Source of the DNA: a virus
Lineage: Duplodnaviria > Caudoviricetes
Reading direction: 5' to 3' (one strand)
IMG/VR virus record: IMGVR_UViG_3300022407_001722
Coordinates: 1-45,322 of that record
DNA length: 45,322 nt
Part shown: in pieces, positions 1 through 8,360 of the stretch
Layout: the number at the start of each line of letters is the position of its first letter
Position numbering within the stretch: position 1 is the stretch's first letter
Notes under the pieces: generated by a model
What the model was told of the DNA's origin: nothing
What the model saw: the letters and a program-made list of their open reading frames with translations, nothing else
The model's database searches: none
Position numbers and translations under genes: made by a program

Positions 1-143
1 TTTGTATGTGTTATGTGGCGCGGGTTTGGTGGGGTATGGGCTTGGCTCGTGTGGTCTTGCAATTGGTTTGGTTTTGTGTGTGGTTGGCGGGGTGTTACTT
101 GCATTGGTTGTGTCTTGGGGGAGGGTAGGGTATAGGGTAGGGT
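1..143 (+). other. G/T-skewed non-coding tract ending in a G-quadruplex motif (117-142)
   Basis: Almost only G and T on the + strand, unlike the rest of the AT-rich window; GGGGGA-GGG-TA-GGG-TATA-GGG-TA-GGG at 117-142. Confidence 0.75.
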
Positions 144-144
144 T

Positions 145-219
145 TGTAGCTACAATTGCAAATAATTAACTTAATTTTGTAGCTACATTTCACTTTTTAG
201 TATTAAATTTGTAGCTACA
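145..219. promoter_or_regulatory. Three copies of palindrome TGTAGCTACA (putative operators) overlapping TAnnTTTG boxes
   Basis: Exact copies at 145-154, 178-187 and 210-219, spaced 33 and 32 bp; TAATTTTG at 172-179 and TAAATTTG at 204-211. Confidence 0.75.
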
Positions 220-228
220 ATTTATTTT

Positions 229-549
229 ATGAAAAAAAGCAAACCAATTGGAGTCAGATTTGACTTACAAAAGTTAGAAATGATTCAAAAAGAACAAAAT
301 TTGACATCGGTTCAGCAAGTAGTTAATTATTTTATGGATAATTACAAAAGTATTTCTACTTCAAAGACATTACTTGAGATTATAGATCTTAAAGATGAGC
401 CGAATATTTTAGGAATCGGCTCAAATTTGGCAGATGTACGCAAATCTGTACAAATACCTGTACAAAGTGAAAAAAAGCCAATTTTGGAGCCTCCTAGTCA
501 CTTAACTGGAATAGATTTAGTGATATGGAAAGCGGAAAATGGAAAATAA
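229..549 (+). CDS. Putative ribbon-helix-helix DNA-binding protein
   Basis: N-terminal KPIGVRFD strand followed by two predicted helices; directly downstream of the palindromes. Confidence 0.55.
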   Translation: MKKSKPIGVRFDLQKLEMIQKEQNLTSVQQVVNYFMDNYKSISTSKTLLEIIDLKDEPNILGIGSNLADVRKSVQIPVQSEKKPILEPPSHLTGIDLVIWKAENGK

Positions 550-564
550 TTCGTAAATTAGCGT

Positions 565-720
565 ATGAAAAACAAACTACAGATGATGAAACGCGCGGAT
601 GGATCATATTCTCGTAGAGGATTATGGGATAATATTCGTGCCAACAAAGGAAGTGGAAAGAAGCCAACTGCGGAAATGCTAAAGCAAGAAAAAAAGATTA
701 AATCAGAAGAAAAAAAATAG
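565..720 (+). CDS. Small basic phage protein (51 aa, not in ORF track)
   Basis: MKNKLQMMKRADGSYSRRGLWDNIRANKGSGKKPTAEMLKQEKKIKSEEKK*; fills the gap between flanking + genes; GLWDNIRA-type motif recalled from small phage proteins. Confidence 0.8.
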   Translation: MKNKLQMMKRADGSYSRRGLWDNIRANKGSGKKPTAEMLKQEKKIKSEEKK

Positions 721-723
721 TTT

Positions 724-1008
724 ATGTCAGGAGCTTGGCAAAGAAAAGAAGGTAAAAATCCAGAAGGTGGTCTAAATGCCAAAGGTCGTGCATCGTATAA
801 TGCACAAACTGGTGGCAATTTAAAAGCTCCAGTTAAATCTGGTGTGAATCCAAGAAGGGTATCTTTTGCTGCTAGATTTAGTGGCATGTTAGGTGCTATG
901 AAAAAACCAAATGGTGAACCTACTCGCAAAGCGTTGGCATTAAAAGCTTGGGGATTTGGTAGTGTAGAAGCTGCTCGTAAATTTGCAAATGCACATAAGA
1001 AATCATAG
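724..1008 (+). CDS. Small basic phage protein, DUF6321-like
   Basis: AWQRKEGKNPEGGLNAKGRASY...RRVSFAARF...ALKAWG, recognised as a widespread phage family. Confidence 0.75.
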   Translation: MSGAWQRKEGKNPEGGLNAKGRASYNAQTGGNLKAPVKSGVNPRRVSFAARFSGMLGAMKKPNGEPTRKALALKAWGFGSVEAARKFANAHKKS

Positions 1009-1010
1009 TT

Positions 1011-1385
1011 ATGAGTAAGCTAAAGTCAATGCAACAAAATCCTCCTATAGTTACTAAAAATAGGAAAGAGATAGTTAGAAACATAAGACCATTTGCTCGT
1101 CAAAATGAAGATGGAACTGTTTCTACTCATGTTATGGAATCTGGTGAAGGTGGTGGAAAATATAAATATCAAGTAAATCCTACAATATTTCCAAATAAAG
1201 ACAGCAGTTGGACCGATTTACAAGGAAAGGGAATGGCGGCTTATAATGAAGCTAAAAAAAGAGGTGAAGTTTTTGGTTTTAAAAGTAAAAAAAGAGCTGA
1301 AAAATTTGCTTATGGTTCATGGAAACAAGGACAAGATAGGAGAGAAGCAATGAAAGCATATAGAAATCGCCCTAAAGAAGAATAA
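1011..1385 (+). CDS. Hypothetical phage protein
   Basis: 124 aa ORF tightly packed in the + operon. Confidence 0.75.
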   Translation: MSKLKSMQQNPPIVTKNRKEIVRNIRPFARQNEDGTVSTHVMESGEGGGKYKYQVNPTIFPNKDSSWTDLQGKGMAAYNEAKKRGEVFGFKSKKRAEKFAYGSWKQGQDRREAMKAYRNRPKEE

Positions 1386-1469
1386 ATGGATAAAGAAATT
1401 TGCATAACTCATGACATCTTATTAGAAGATGGGGTATGCGTAAAATGTCTTTCTGAAGATAATAAATAA
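1386..1469 (+). CDS. Putative 27-aa zinc-finger micro-protein
   Basis: MDKEICITHDILLEDGVCVKCLSEDNK*, CxxH...CxxC; ATG immediately follows the previous stop and the ORF ends at the terminator. Confidence 0.55.
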   Translation: MDKEICITHDILLEDGVCVKCLSEDNK

Positions 1470-1490
1470 GGCGGTTTTTAGGCCGCCTTT
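1468..1490. terminator. Bidirectional intrinsic terminator
   Basis: AAGGCGGT...GCCGCCTT hairpin between convergent operons. Confidence 0.75.
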
Positions 1491-1495
1491 GTTAT

Positions 1496-2050
1496 TTAAA
1501 ATTTAGAATTTAATAAAGCAGATACTTCTTTTTCTTTTAATGCAAAATTAACATTGTTTTCGTACACTATTTTTACTTGATTGTACTTTGATATTTCAAC
1601 ACAATAACTTGCCCCATTGATACCTTCCCAATAAGACCAATATCTACAATTTTCATTTTTCAATGCTTCCATTTCTTTACCATCTCCTTCGCGATACGGC
1701 GCATAAAATGATTTTGATCTATCTGATGTTTTTCCATATTTTTCAATAAATAAAATATGGTATTTGTTAAATTCAGATTTTAAATCATACCAATTACTTC
1801 TTTCTGGTAAATAAACAACAGCTTTAAATACTTTGTTTGTTTCAGGGGTTTTATATAAATTCACCTCCATGTTATTAAAATTTAACATGGCCCCTTCTGG
1901 AAACAAATCTTCTACAACATATCCTTTTGATTTAAATTTTTCTAATGTAGTATTAAAATCACCTGAAATTTTAATACCGTCAAATACTTGCGACATTGCG
2001 GTGTTTACTAAGAAAATAATAATTAGTGTGGTAGTTATTAGCTTTTTCAT
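1496..2050 (-). CDS. Exported protein with signal peptide
   Basis: MKK + hydrophobic core + AMS-Q cleavage site typical of Bacteroidota exported proteins. Confidence 0.75.
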   Translation of the reverse strand: MKKLITTTLIIIFLVNTAMSQVFDGIKISGDFNTTLEKFKSKGYVVEDLFPEGAMLNFNNMEVNLYKTPETNKVFKAVVYLPERSNWYDLKSEFNKYHILFIEKYGKTSDRSKSFYAPYREGDGKEMEALKNENCRYWSYWEGINGASYCVEISKYNQVKIVYENNVNFALKEKEVSALLNSKF

Positions 2051-2070
2051 GTTTGTTATTTTTGTGGTTA

Positions 2071-2343
2071 TTAATCTTGTTCTGCTTGCATTTCTAAAAT
2101 CTTTCTGCCTTTATCTGATAATGGCCTTGCAAATAATCTTAGTTTCTTTCCAGTGGTAGGGCATAAAAATGTTATGCCAACGTCCATGTAAGATTTTAAT
2201 ACTATTTCCATTACTCCATCTGAATTTTGACTAGCTCCAATTACATGTGGATCATCATAATCAAATTGCATACAAAAATCACATCCATCTAATGCTTCTG
2301 CGTTAATTGGTAGATTCAATTCTTTTTCTTTTTTCTTAGCCAT
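2071..2343 (-). CDS. Hypothetical protein (CxxC)
   Basis: 90 aa ORF in the leftward operon. Confidence 0.7.
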   Translation of the reverse strand: MAKKKEKELNLPINAEALDGCDFCMQFDYDDPHVIGASQNSDGVMEIVLKSYMDVGITFLCPTTGKKLRLFARPLSDKGRKILEMQAEQD

Positions 2344-2345
2344 TT

Positions 2346-2696
2346 TTATTTATTTATTTCGTTAATGTCAACAATTTTTACTTCTTCTCCGTTTATCATA
2401 GCATCTAATGTAGATTCTATAATTTCTCTTTGGTCTGGAGTCAACAAAGATATTTTTTCATTTATAGCCGGGACCGCAAAAACATCACTTTGTATTTCGT
2501 TTTTAATACCAATTATAACTTCAGTTGTAATAAAGGGATGGGTTATAATATCATTAAAAATCCAATCTATTTTTTTACTATAATTCTTAAATATCCTTTG
2601 CCCTTGTGAGTTAGGAAACTCCCTGCAAAAATCTTCTAATTGCTCTTGAGCCATTTTTAAATTTTGGATTGCACTTATGATATTAGCTCCGGTCAT
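2346..2696 (-). CDS. Hypothetical protein
   Basis: 116 aa ORF with a 4-bp overlap with the exonuclease stop. Confidence 0.75.
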   Translation of the reverse strand: MTGANIISAIQNLKMAQEQLEDFCREFPNSQGQRIFKNYSKKIDWIFNDIITHPFITTEVIIGIKNEIQSDVFAVPAINEKISLLTPDQREIIESTLDAMINGEEVKIVDINEINK

Positions 2697-3421
2697 TTAT
2701 TGAAATTTAAATGTTTGTTTTCAAGTTCAAATAAAAATTCTCTTGCTTTTTCTACTTTGTGCTGGATCTTTAGAATATCATCTTCATTCCTTTCCACATT
2801 AAATATTAATATTCTTTCTGGAACTGCAATATCATCAAATGTCATATTAAACTCAAGTTTCATTGACTCTTTTACATATTCTGGGCTTTCTTCTGAAATA
2901 ACATTCATCTTATTAAGCAAGTATCTTTTCTCTTGCTCAACAATGTTAAATGGTGTATTTACAAGACAATATGCAATATGTCCACTAATAGCACTTGTAA
3001 GCCACATATAAGATTGAAGCTGCCAGTAATACAAGTTATCAAGCTTATCTGGAATATTTCCTAAAAATGTCCAAAGGTCATAGCTTGATTTAATATCAAT
3101 AACTTTATTTGGATTAACAGTAATTATATCTGGATGCCCTGATATGTAATCATTAGTAAATCTATGTTCATTTTTACTATAATCCACTCCCCAAAAACTA
3201 TTTAAAAGTTCAATTGAATCATCTTCAACTTCAACTCCTTTCTTCATTTGCTTTGTTTGTATATCTCGTTTTCTGCCATATTTTTCAGCAATATAAACTT
3301 CAATTAAATGTTTTTGTGCAGTTTTTGATAATACACCAGCTTCTTTGTCAGCTTTAGTTACCGGCTCAGTCATTAAATAACCAACAGAGCTTGATCTAAT
3401 AAGTGTTTCATTCCATTTCAT
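2693..3421 (-). CDS. YqaJ/lambda-exonuclease family nuclease
   Basis: RSSS, G-x3-E, SGHPD, IDIKSS and YYWQLQSYMWL motifs (PD-(D/E)xK fold). Confidence 0.85.
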   Translation of the reverse strand: MKWNETLIRSSSVGYLMTEPVTKADKEAGVLSKTAQKHLIEVYIAEKYGRKRDIQTKQMKKGVEVEDDSIELLNSFWGVDYSKNEHRFTNDYISGHPDIITVNPNKVIDIKSSYDLWTFLGNIPDKLDNLYYWQLQSYMWLTSAISGHIAYCLVNTPFNIVEQEKRYLLNKMNVISEESPEYVKESMKLEFNMTFDDIAVPERILIFNVERNEDDILKIQHKVEKAREFLFELENKHLNFNK

Positions 3422-3423
3422 AA

Positions 3424-3795
3424 TTAAAGGCTATTTAGTTTGTTATTATAATATTCCAGCAATTCAGAATTGTTTTTACACATTAGTTCCCAAGCTTTTA
3501 ATTCCTGTTTTGTTGTACAAGAATTAATAAACTCTTTTGTTCTTTCTGTTAACGTCTTTTTTGACTGTGTTGGTATTACTTTTTCATTAATTGTTTCATC
3601 TTGTTCAAAATAAATTGCAGATTCTTCAATTTGTTTAACACTTTTTTTATGGTATTCTTCAACCAGTTGTCTTGCGTTATCAAGAGCCTTGTCTGCTGAT
3701 TCTCCCGGATTCAGTGCAAACTCAACTCCTATTTTTTCTGATGAGTAATTACCTAAATTAAATGTTCTGGTGTAGTTGATGGTTTGTATGTGCAT
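3424..3795 (-). CDS. Hypothetical protein, possible exonuclease partner
   Basis: TFNLGNYSSEKIGVE N-terminus; immediately upstream of the exonuclease. Confidence 0.7.
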   Translation of the reverse strand: MHIQTINYTRTFNLGNYSSEKIGVEFALNPGESADKALDNARQLVEEYHKKSVKQIEESAIYFEQDETINEKVIPTQSKKTLTERTKEFINSCTTKQELKAWELMCKNNSELLEYYNNKLNSL

Positions 3796-3800
3796 AATAC

Positions 3801-3998
3801 TTATTTTATTCTAGTTACATTGGTTTCTTTATCGTTTGCTTTAATCTTAAATACTTTGTTTTTGTGTTCTTCTTTTCTTTTGAGATTAGAAACCATAACC
3901 ATTACAGATGTATATGGGTTTTCTAATAGTAAACTTTCTCCTACTTGCAGTTCTGATACCTTGCTTGATACCGAATCTGGACTAATGTTTCTTGCCAT
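3801..3998 (-). CDS. Small putative DNA-binding protein
   Basis: 65 aa, basic C-terminus, LQVGES...VTRIK pattern. Confidence 0.65.
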   Translation of the reverse strand: MARNISPDSVSSKVSELQVGESLLLENPYTSVMVMVSNLKRKEEHKNKVFKIKANDKETNVTRIK

Positions 3999-4023
3999 TT
4001 TATGTGTTTTTAATATTTGAGTA

Positions 4024-4050
4024 CAAAATTAATTTAATTAATTTAATTAA
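4024..4050 (-). promoter_or_regulatory. Leftward promoter -7 box plus 17-bp palindrome
   Basis: TAATTTTG on the - strand (4024-4031); TTAATTAA-T-TTAATTAA at 4034-4050. Confidence 0.6.
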
Positions 4051-4060
4051 AAAAATAAAT

Positions 4061-4597
4061 TTAATTAAACTTCTTCTTTATTAGGTTCAGCTTTGATCTA
4101 TACTCAATAATTAAAGATTTTAATTCCTCTTTTGTAGGCTTAGTAACTTGTCTTGCTAATTCTCTCAAATACTCTACCACGCCATTATTTTCTTCATCAA
4201 GCTTATATTCAAATTCTTCTAAATTACCCATCTTAAAGTAATTTTCTTCCATAGATTGTGGTCTACAATTAGCTTCTAACCATCTAGTACCAAGATTTGC
4301 TCTAGGAATAAAGTGTCCGCATTGTATTTCCTGCCATCTCATCTTTTTACCAGAAGTATAACATTCTACCATACCATCCTTATCCGCATATTTACATCTT
4401 ATGTATTGGCTAAATACATGATCTAAATCTGAAATTAAATTTTGAAAACTTTCTCCATCATCTTCAAATTCTTCTATTCTTTTTTGTGTAGATTCAATTG
4501 TAGCGCATTGTTTACACATCTTTTTTGAAAAATGGTAATCAATATTTCCGCATCTAATACATTTTTTTTTCTTTACTATTATCGTTGAGTTTCTCAT
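4061..4597 (-). CDS. ninG: NinG/Rap family recombination endonuclease
   Basis: DHVFSQYIR...CYTSGK...QCGHFIPR...TRWLEANCRPQ signature plus an N-terminal CxxC...CxxC. Confidence 0.85.
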   Translation of the reverse strand: MRNSTIIVKKKKCIRCGNIDYHFSKKMCKQCATIESTQKRIEEFEDDGESFQNLISDLDHVFSQYIRCKYADKDGMVECYTSGKKMRWQEIQCGHFIPRANLGTRWLEANCRPQSMEENYFKMGNLEEFEYKLDEENNGVVEYLRELARQVTKPTKEELKSLIIEYRSKLNLIKKKFN

Positions 4598-4724
4598 CTT
4601 CTTTTAGTTTATGTAGTTTATTATTTATGAATTTATATTTACCAGCATATTTACCATCTTTAGTTACTTCTATTATTAAATCAAGTTTTTTAGCTAAATC
4701 GTATATTAATTGACTATTCTCCAT
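4554..4724 (-). CDS. Small hypothetical protein (56 aa, not in ORF track)
   Basis: MENSQLIYDLAKKLDLIIEVTKDGKYAGKYKF...; overlaps the ninG start. Confidence 0.55.
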   Translation of the reverse strand: MENSQLIYDLAKKLDLIIEVTKDGKYAGKYKFINNKLHKLKEDEKLNDNSKEKKMY

Positions 4725-4842
4725 TATCTTTTTTTTGCTGCTCGTTATATTCTTTTTGTTTGGTTATTAGATATACCCATAATATTGATATTGGCGTAGC
4801 AAATAAAAAAGATATTAAAAAGGATATTAGATATGACTTCAT
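4714..4842 (-). CDS. Small membrane protein (42 aa, not in ORF track)
   Basis: MKSYLISFLISFLFATPISILWVYLITKQKEY..., one hydrophobic helix; first gene after the leftward promoter. Confidence 0.6.
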   Translation of the reverse strand: MKSYLISFLISFLFATPISILWVYLITKQKEYNEQQKKDNGE

Positions 4843-4864
4843 GTTATTTTTTGTTTTATTTATG

Positions 4865-4951
4865 CAAATTTAATTAAATTAATTAAACCACAAAATTATT
4901 TTTAAAAAAAATTAAAAATATTTGGGAATTTAAAAATTAATACTATTTTTG
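4865..4951. promoter_or_regulatory. Divergent Bacteroidota-type promoters with operator
   Basis: Rightward TTTG(4921-4924)-N19-TATTTTTG(4944-4951); leftward TAAATTTG (4865-4872); palindrome TTAATTAA-A-TTAATTAA at 4870-4886. Confidence 0.75.
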
Positions 4952-4970
4952 CTGTTCAACAATAAAATTT

Positions 4971-5168
4971 ATGGAAGAAATAAAAACACTAAAGCTTCAC
5001 GAAAAAATTAAAGAAGCAATGGATGGTCGCACTCAGCGTTGGCTTTCATTAAATGCCAAGATACCAGAATCGGAATTATCGCGCAAAATGCAGGGTAAAT
5101 TACTATTTACAGATAGTGAGATTGCACGCATAAATGAAGCTTTGAAAACCGATTTAATAAACGATTAA
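4971..5168 (+). CDS. XRE/Cro-like HTH regulator
   Basis: GRTQRWLSLNAKIPESELSRKMQG...FTDSEIARINEAL HTH pattern; first gene after the divergent promoter. Confidence 0.85.
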   Translation: MEEIKTLKLHEKIKEAMDGRTQRWLSLNAKIPESELSRKMQGKLLFTDSEIARINEALKTDLIND

Positions 5169-5177
5169 GATTTTAAA

Positions 5178-5906
5178 ATGCCAAAAGATACATTCTACTT
5201 CTCACACGACTATAACGCTCGTAATGATGAGAAGATAAAAAGGTTGATTAGGAAACATGGTATGCAGGGGTATGGTGTTTTTTGGTCAATAGTAGAAGAT
5301 TTATACAATAATGCGAACGCATTGCGAACGGATTACGAAGGCATTGCGTATGACTTAAGATCGGATAGCGACCTTGTAGCGAGCGTAGTAAATGATTTTG
5401 ATTTATTCATTTTTAATGGTGATTATTTTGGCAGTAATTCTGTTCAAGAAAGGCTGGAACAAAGAAATGATAAAAGTGCAAAAGCAAGAAAATCAGCTAG
5501 TTACAGATGGGAAAATGCGAACGCAATGCAAACGCAATCCGATAGCAATGCTAAAAAGGAAAGGAAAGGAAAGGAAATAAAAGGAAAGGAAATAAAAGAA
5601 ATAAATATATCGTTTGATATTTTTTGGGATTTATATGATAAGAAAGTTGGTGATAAGGAAAAGTTAAAAAAGAAATGGGCATCATTGAAAGATGATGATA
5701 GAAGTTTAATTATTAACTATATCCCAAAGTATAAAATGATTCAGCCAGAAAAGAAATTTAGGAAGGATCCTCAGACTTTCTTTAACAATAGTTCTTGGAA
5801 TGATGAATTGATTGGTTCTGATGTACCAAAAACACAGATTTACAAAAATGGAGATTTTGAAGCTTACAAGAAAAGACAACAGGAATTAGGAAAAACTTTA
5901 AATTAA
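5178..5906 (+). CDS. Phage replication initiator (DUF4373/Lin1244-like N-terminus)
   Basis: YFSHDYNARNDEKI...GYGVFW N-domain; FDIFWDLYDKK...DPQTFFNNSSWNDE C-domain; internal iterons. Confidence 0.8.
   Translation: MPKDTFYFSHDYNARNDEKIKRLIRKHGMQGYGVFWSIVEDLYNNANALRTDYEGIAYDLRSDSDLVASVVNDFDLFIFNGDYFGSNSVQERLEQRNDKSAKARKSASYRWENANAMQTQSDSNAKKERKGKEIKGKEIKEINISFDIFWDLYDKKVGDKEKLKKKWASLKDDDRSLIINYIPKYKMIQPEKKFRKDPQTFFNNSSWNDELIGSDVPKTQIYKNGDFEAYKKRQQELGKTLN
5310..5606 (+). repeat. Putative replication origin: two clusters of 11-bp iterons and a purine tract
   Basis: A(A/T)TGCGAACGC-like units in tandem at 5310-5353 and 5514-5557; (GGAAA)n purine tract at about 5553-5606. Confidence 0.7.
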
Positions 5907-5910
5907 TACG

Positions 5911-7776
5911 ATGATAGCTACTATTTTTAAAAACATTTTTAGCAAGGAACCGCATTTTATAACTATTGAAAAAGCTTTAGAAAGGATTAAAACTGGTTCA
6001 AGTAAAGAATTGGTTACTGAAATTAGAAATACTCTTGATAAGGAAAAGGCTAATAAAATTAAATTAAATCTACCTTCAGTATGTTTCAGTGGAAAGTTTG
6101 GATCAGATAGAAAAGATGAGCAACTTATTGAGCATAGCGGATTTATTGTTCTTGACTTTGACGATATTTCTGATTTAAGGGATAAGCAAACTGAAATTAT
6201 TTCTAATGATTTTGTTTACGCATGTTGGGTTAGTCCATCTGGTAATGGCCTAAAAGCATTGGTTAAAATAGCAGACGGATCAAAGCATAGAGAACATTTC
6301 CAATCACTACAAGAGGTTTTCCCTGAAATTGATAGGAGTGGAATTAACGTAAGTAGGGTTTGTTATGAGAGTTTTGACGCTGATATTTACATAAACGAAA
6401 AGGCTACTGTATTTACAAAAGCTAAGAAAATTGAAAAAATCATTGTTTCTGAAACCCAGAATTTAGATGATTCCGAAAACTTTCGTAGAATATTAAAATG
6501 GCTTACAAACAAAAATGATGCATTTATCACTGGCGAGAGAAATACTTACATTTTTAAGTTAGCTTCGGCTTGTTGTAGATTCGGTATAGAAGAAAACGCC
6601 GCATTAGGCCTTATTTCGGCAGAATACACCGTAAGCAATGACTTTACTATGTCAGAGATGAAAAGTGCCGTAAAGAGCGGATATAGGGCAAATAGAGGCA
6701 ATTTTGGAACAGCTTCCATACAGAAAGAGAAGCTTGTTAATAAAACAACTAATTATGAGATTGATGTAAAGAAGGAATTTACAGAAGAAAATGGTGAAAA
6801 TTACAGGATTGAAGATGTTGTGTATGGTATTGATGTAAAGGATAGGGCTTTGTCAATAAACGAGAGAGGTTTTGAGAAGATAATGGGTATTGGTGTGCCA
6901 GAACTTGATTATTTATTTAAACCAAAAAGAGGGGAAATTACCCTTTTGACTGGTATTGGTAACTACGGAAAAACTGCTTGGCAGAAATCACAGATTTTAT
7001 CAAGAATTATAATGTACGGAGAAAAAGTGGCTACATTTTCACCAGAAGATACTCCTGCTGAAGAATATTTTCATGACTATGTAGAGATGTTATTAGGATG
7101 TGAGTGTACTCCATTTAATCCAAATAGACCATCAAATGAAGTATACGAAGCTGCTTATGATTTTATATCAAAGCATATTTTTTACATAAGTGCAGAAATG
7201 CTTTCTCCTACCCCTCAGTATATCAAAGAGAAGTTTCTTGAGTTGATTGTTCAAGAAAAGGTTGACTTTTGTTGTATTGATCCGTTTAACCAAATGACAA
7301 ATGATTACAAAGGTTTTGGTGGAAGAACAGATAAGTATCTTGAAACATTGCTATCAGATTTCTCAAGATTTGCAAAAAAGAATGATATATATTTTTGGAT
7401 TGTGGCGCATCCTAAATTGATGGAAAGAGATAGGTTAGGTAACTACAAATGTCCAGATGTTTTTGATGTAGCAGATGGCGCAATGTGGAATAATAAAATG
7501 GATAATATAACCGTTTATCATAGACCATTTGCACAAACAGATCCAAATAATCCATTAGCAGAATTTCATTCTAAAAAAATAAAAAAGAAAAGTGTTGGGA
7601 GAAAGGGATTTGTTCTTGTTGAATATTTGTGGGATAGAAGAAGATTTTTTATTGAAGGAAAAGATTTTATACAAGACATGTTAAGTAAAAAAAGTTATGA
7701 TTTTTGGAAACGAAAAGAAGCAAGTCAGGCTTGGCTTCCATACAAAGATGAAAACGGAGAAGAAGTAATATTTTAA
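5911..7776 (+). CDS. Primase-helicase: BT4734/VirE_N-like primase domain, PriCT-like domain and SF4 helicase
   Basis: LPSVCFSG, SGFIVLDFD, SPSGNGLK, RVCYESFD; GERN...LA; Walker A TGIGNYGKT, Walker B CIDPFN, VAHP, WNNKMD. Confidence 0.85.
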   Translation: MIATIFKNIFSKEPHFITIEKALERIKTGSSKELVTEIRNTLDKEKANKIKLNLPSVCFSGKFGSDRKDEQLIEHSGFIVLDFDDISDLRDKQTEIISNDFVYACWVSPSGNGLKALVKIADGSKHREHFQSLQEVFPEIDRSGINVSRVCYESFDADIYINEKATVFTKAKKIEKIIVSETQNLDDSENFRRILKWLTNKNDAFITGERNTYIFKLASACCRFGIEENAALGLISAEYTVSNDFTMSEMKSAVKSGYRANRGNFGTASIQKEKLVNKTTNYEIDVKKEFTEENGENYRIEDVVYGIDVKDRALSINERGFEKIMGIGVPELDYLFKPKRGEITLLTGIGNYGKTAWQKSQILSRIIMYGEKVATFSPEDTPAEEYFHDYVEMLLGCECTPFNPNRPSNEVYEAAYDFISKHIFYISAEMLSPTPQYIKEKFLELIVQEKVDFCCIDPFNQMTNDYKGFGGRTDKYLETLLSDFSRFAKKNDIYFWIVAHPKLMERDRLGNYKCPDVFDVADGAMWNNKMDNITVYHRPFAQTDPNNPLAEFHSKKIKKKSVGRKGFVLVEYLWDRRRFFIEGKDFIQDMLSKKSYDFWKRKEASQAWLPYKDENGEEVIF

Positions 7777-7796
7777 TAACTATAAAAAACAAAACA

Positions 7797-8135
7797 ATGA
7801 TTAGAATTTCAGTAATCGGAAGATTAGGACAAGATGCAATTGTAAACAATGTGAATGGTAAGACGGTGATTAATTTTTCAATGGCTTACAGTGAAAAATT
7901 TAAAAAACAAGATGGTCAAGAAGTTGACAAGACAACTTGGGTTTCTTGTGCATATTGGACCGAAAAAATTAATGTCGCAAGCTATCTAAAAAAAGGTACA
8001 TTGATTTATATGGAAGGTAAACCAGAAGCTAAAACTTATTTGAATAATAGTACAAATGAAACTATTGCTCAATTGCACGCAAGAGTATCAAGCCTTCAAT
8101 TACTTTCAGGTAAACAAGAGGAGGCTCCATTTTAA
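7797..8135 (+). CDS. ssb: Single-stranded DNA-binding protein
   Basis: IGRLGQDA, TTWVSC, YLKKG...EGK motifs and acidic EEAPF C-terminus. Confidence 0.95.
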   Translation: MIRISVIGRLGQDAIVNNVNGKTVINFSMAYSEKFKKQDGQEVDKTTWVSCAYWTEKINVASYLKKGTLIYMEGKPEAKTYLNNSTNETIAQLHARVSSLQLLSGKQEEAPF

Positions 8136-8356
8136 TGTATATTCATGAACTAAAAAATATAATAGATGTCCATACCCCACTCGGAAAAGGAAAAGCAATT
8201 GCATGGATTGATTACGGAAGCGAAGTCAACACTGTTTGGAAAGTCGTATTACACGACAGTGGTATTGTGCGGAACTTTTACGACACCGACATTATCGTCT
8301 ACCCAAATAAGATGGACGGCGGAAGTATTGACTTAGATTATTTTAAAAATAAATAG
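8135..8356 (+). CDS. Hypothetical phage protein
   Basis: TPLGKGKAIAWIDYG motif; translationally coupled to ssb. Confidence 0.75.
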   Translation: MYIHELKNIIDVHTPLGKGKAIAWIDYGSEVNTVWKVVLHDSGIVRNFYDTDIIVYPNKMDGGSIDLDYFKNK

Positions 8357-8360
8357 TATT

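Noticed and set aside
558-929. 123-aa minus-strand ORF
   Set aside because: Antisense shadow of two better-supported + strand genes
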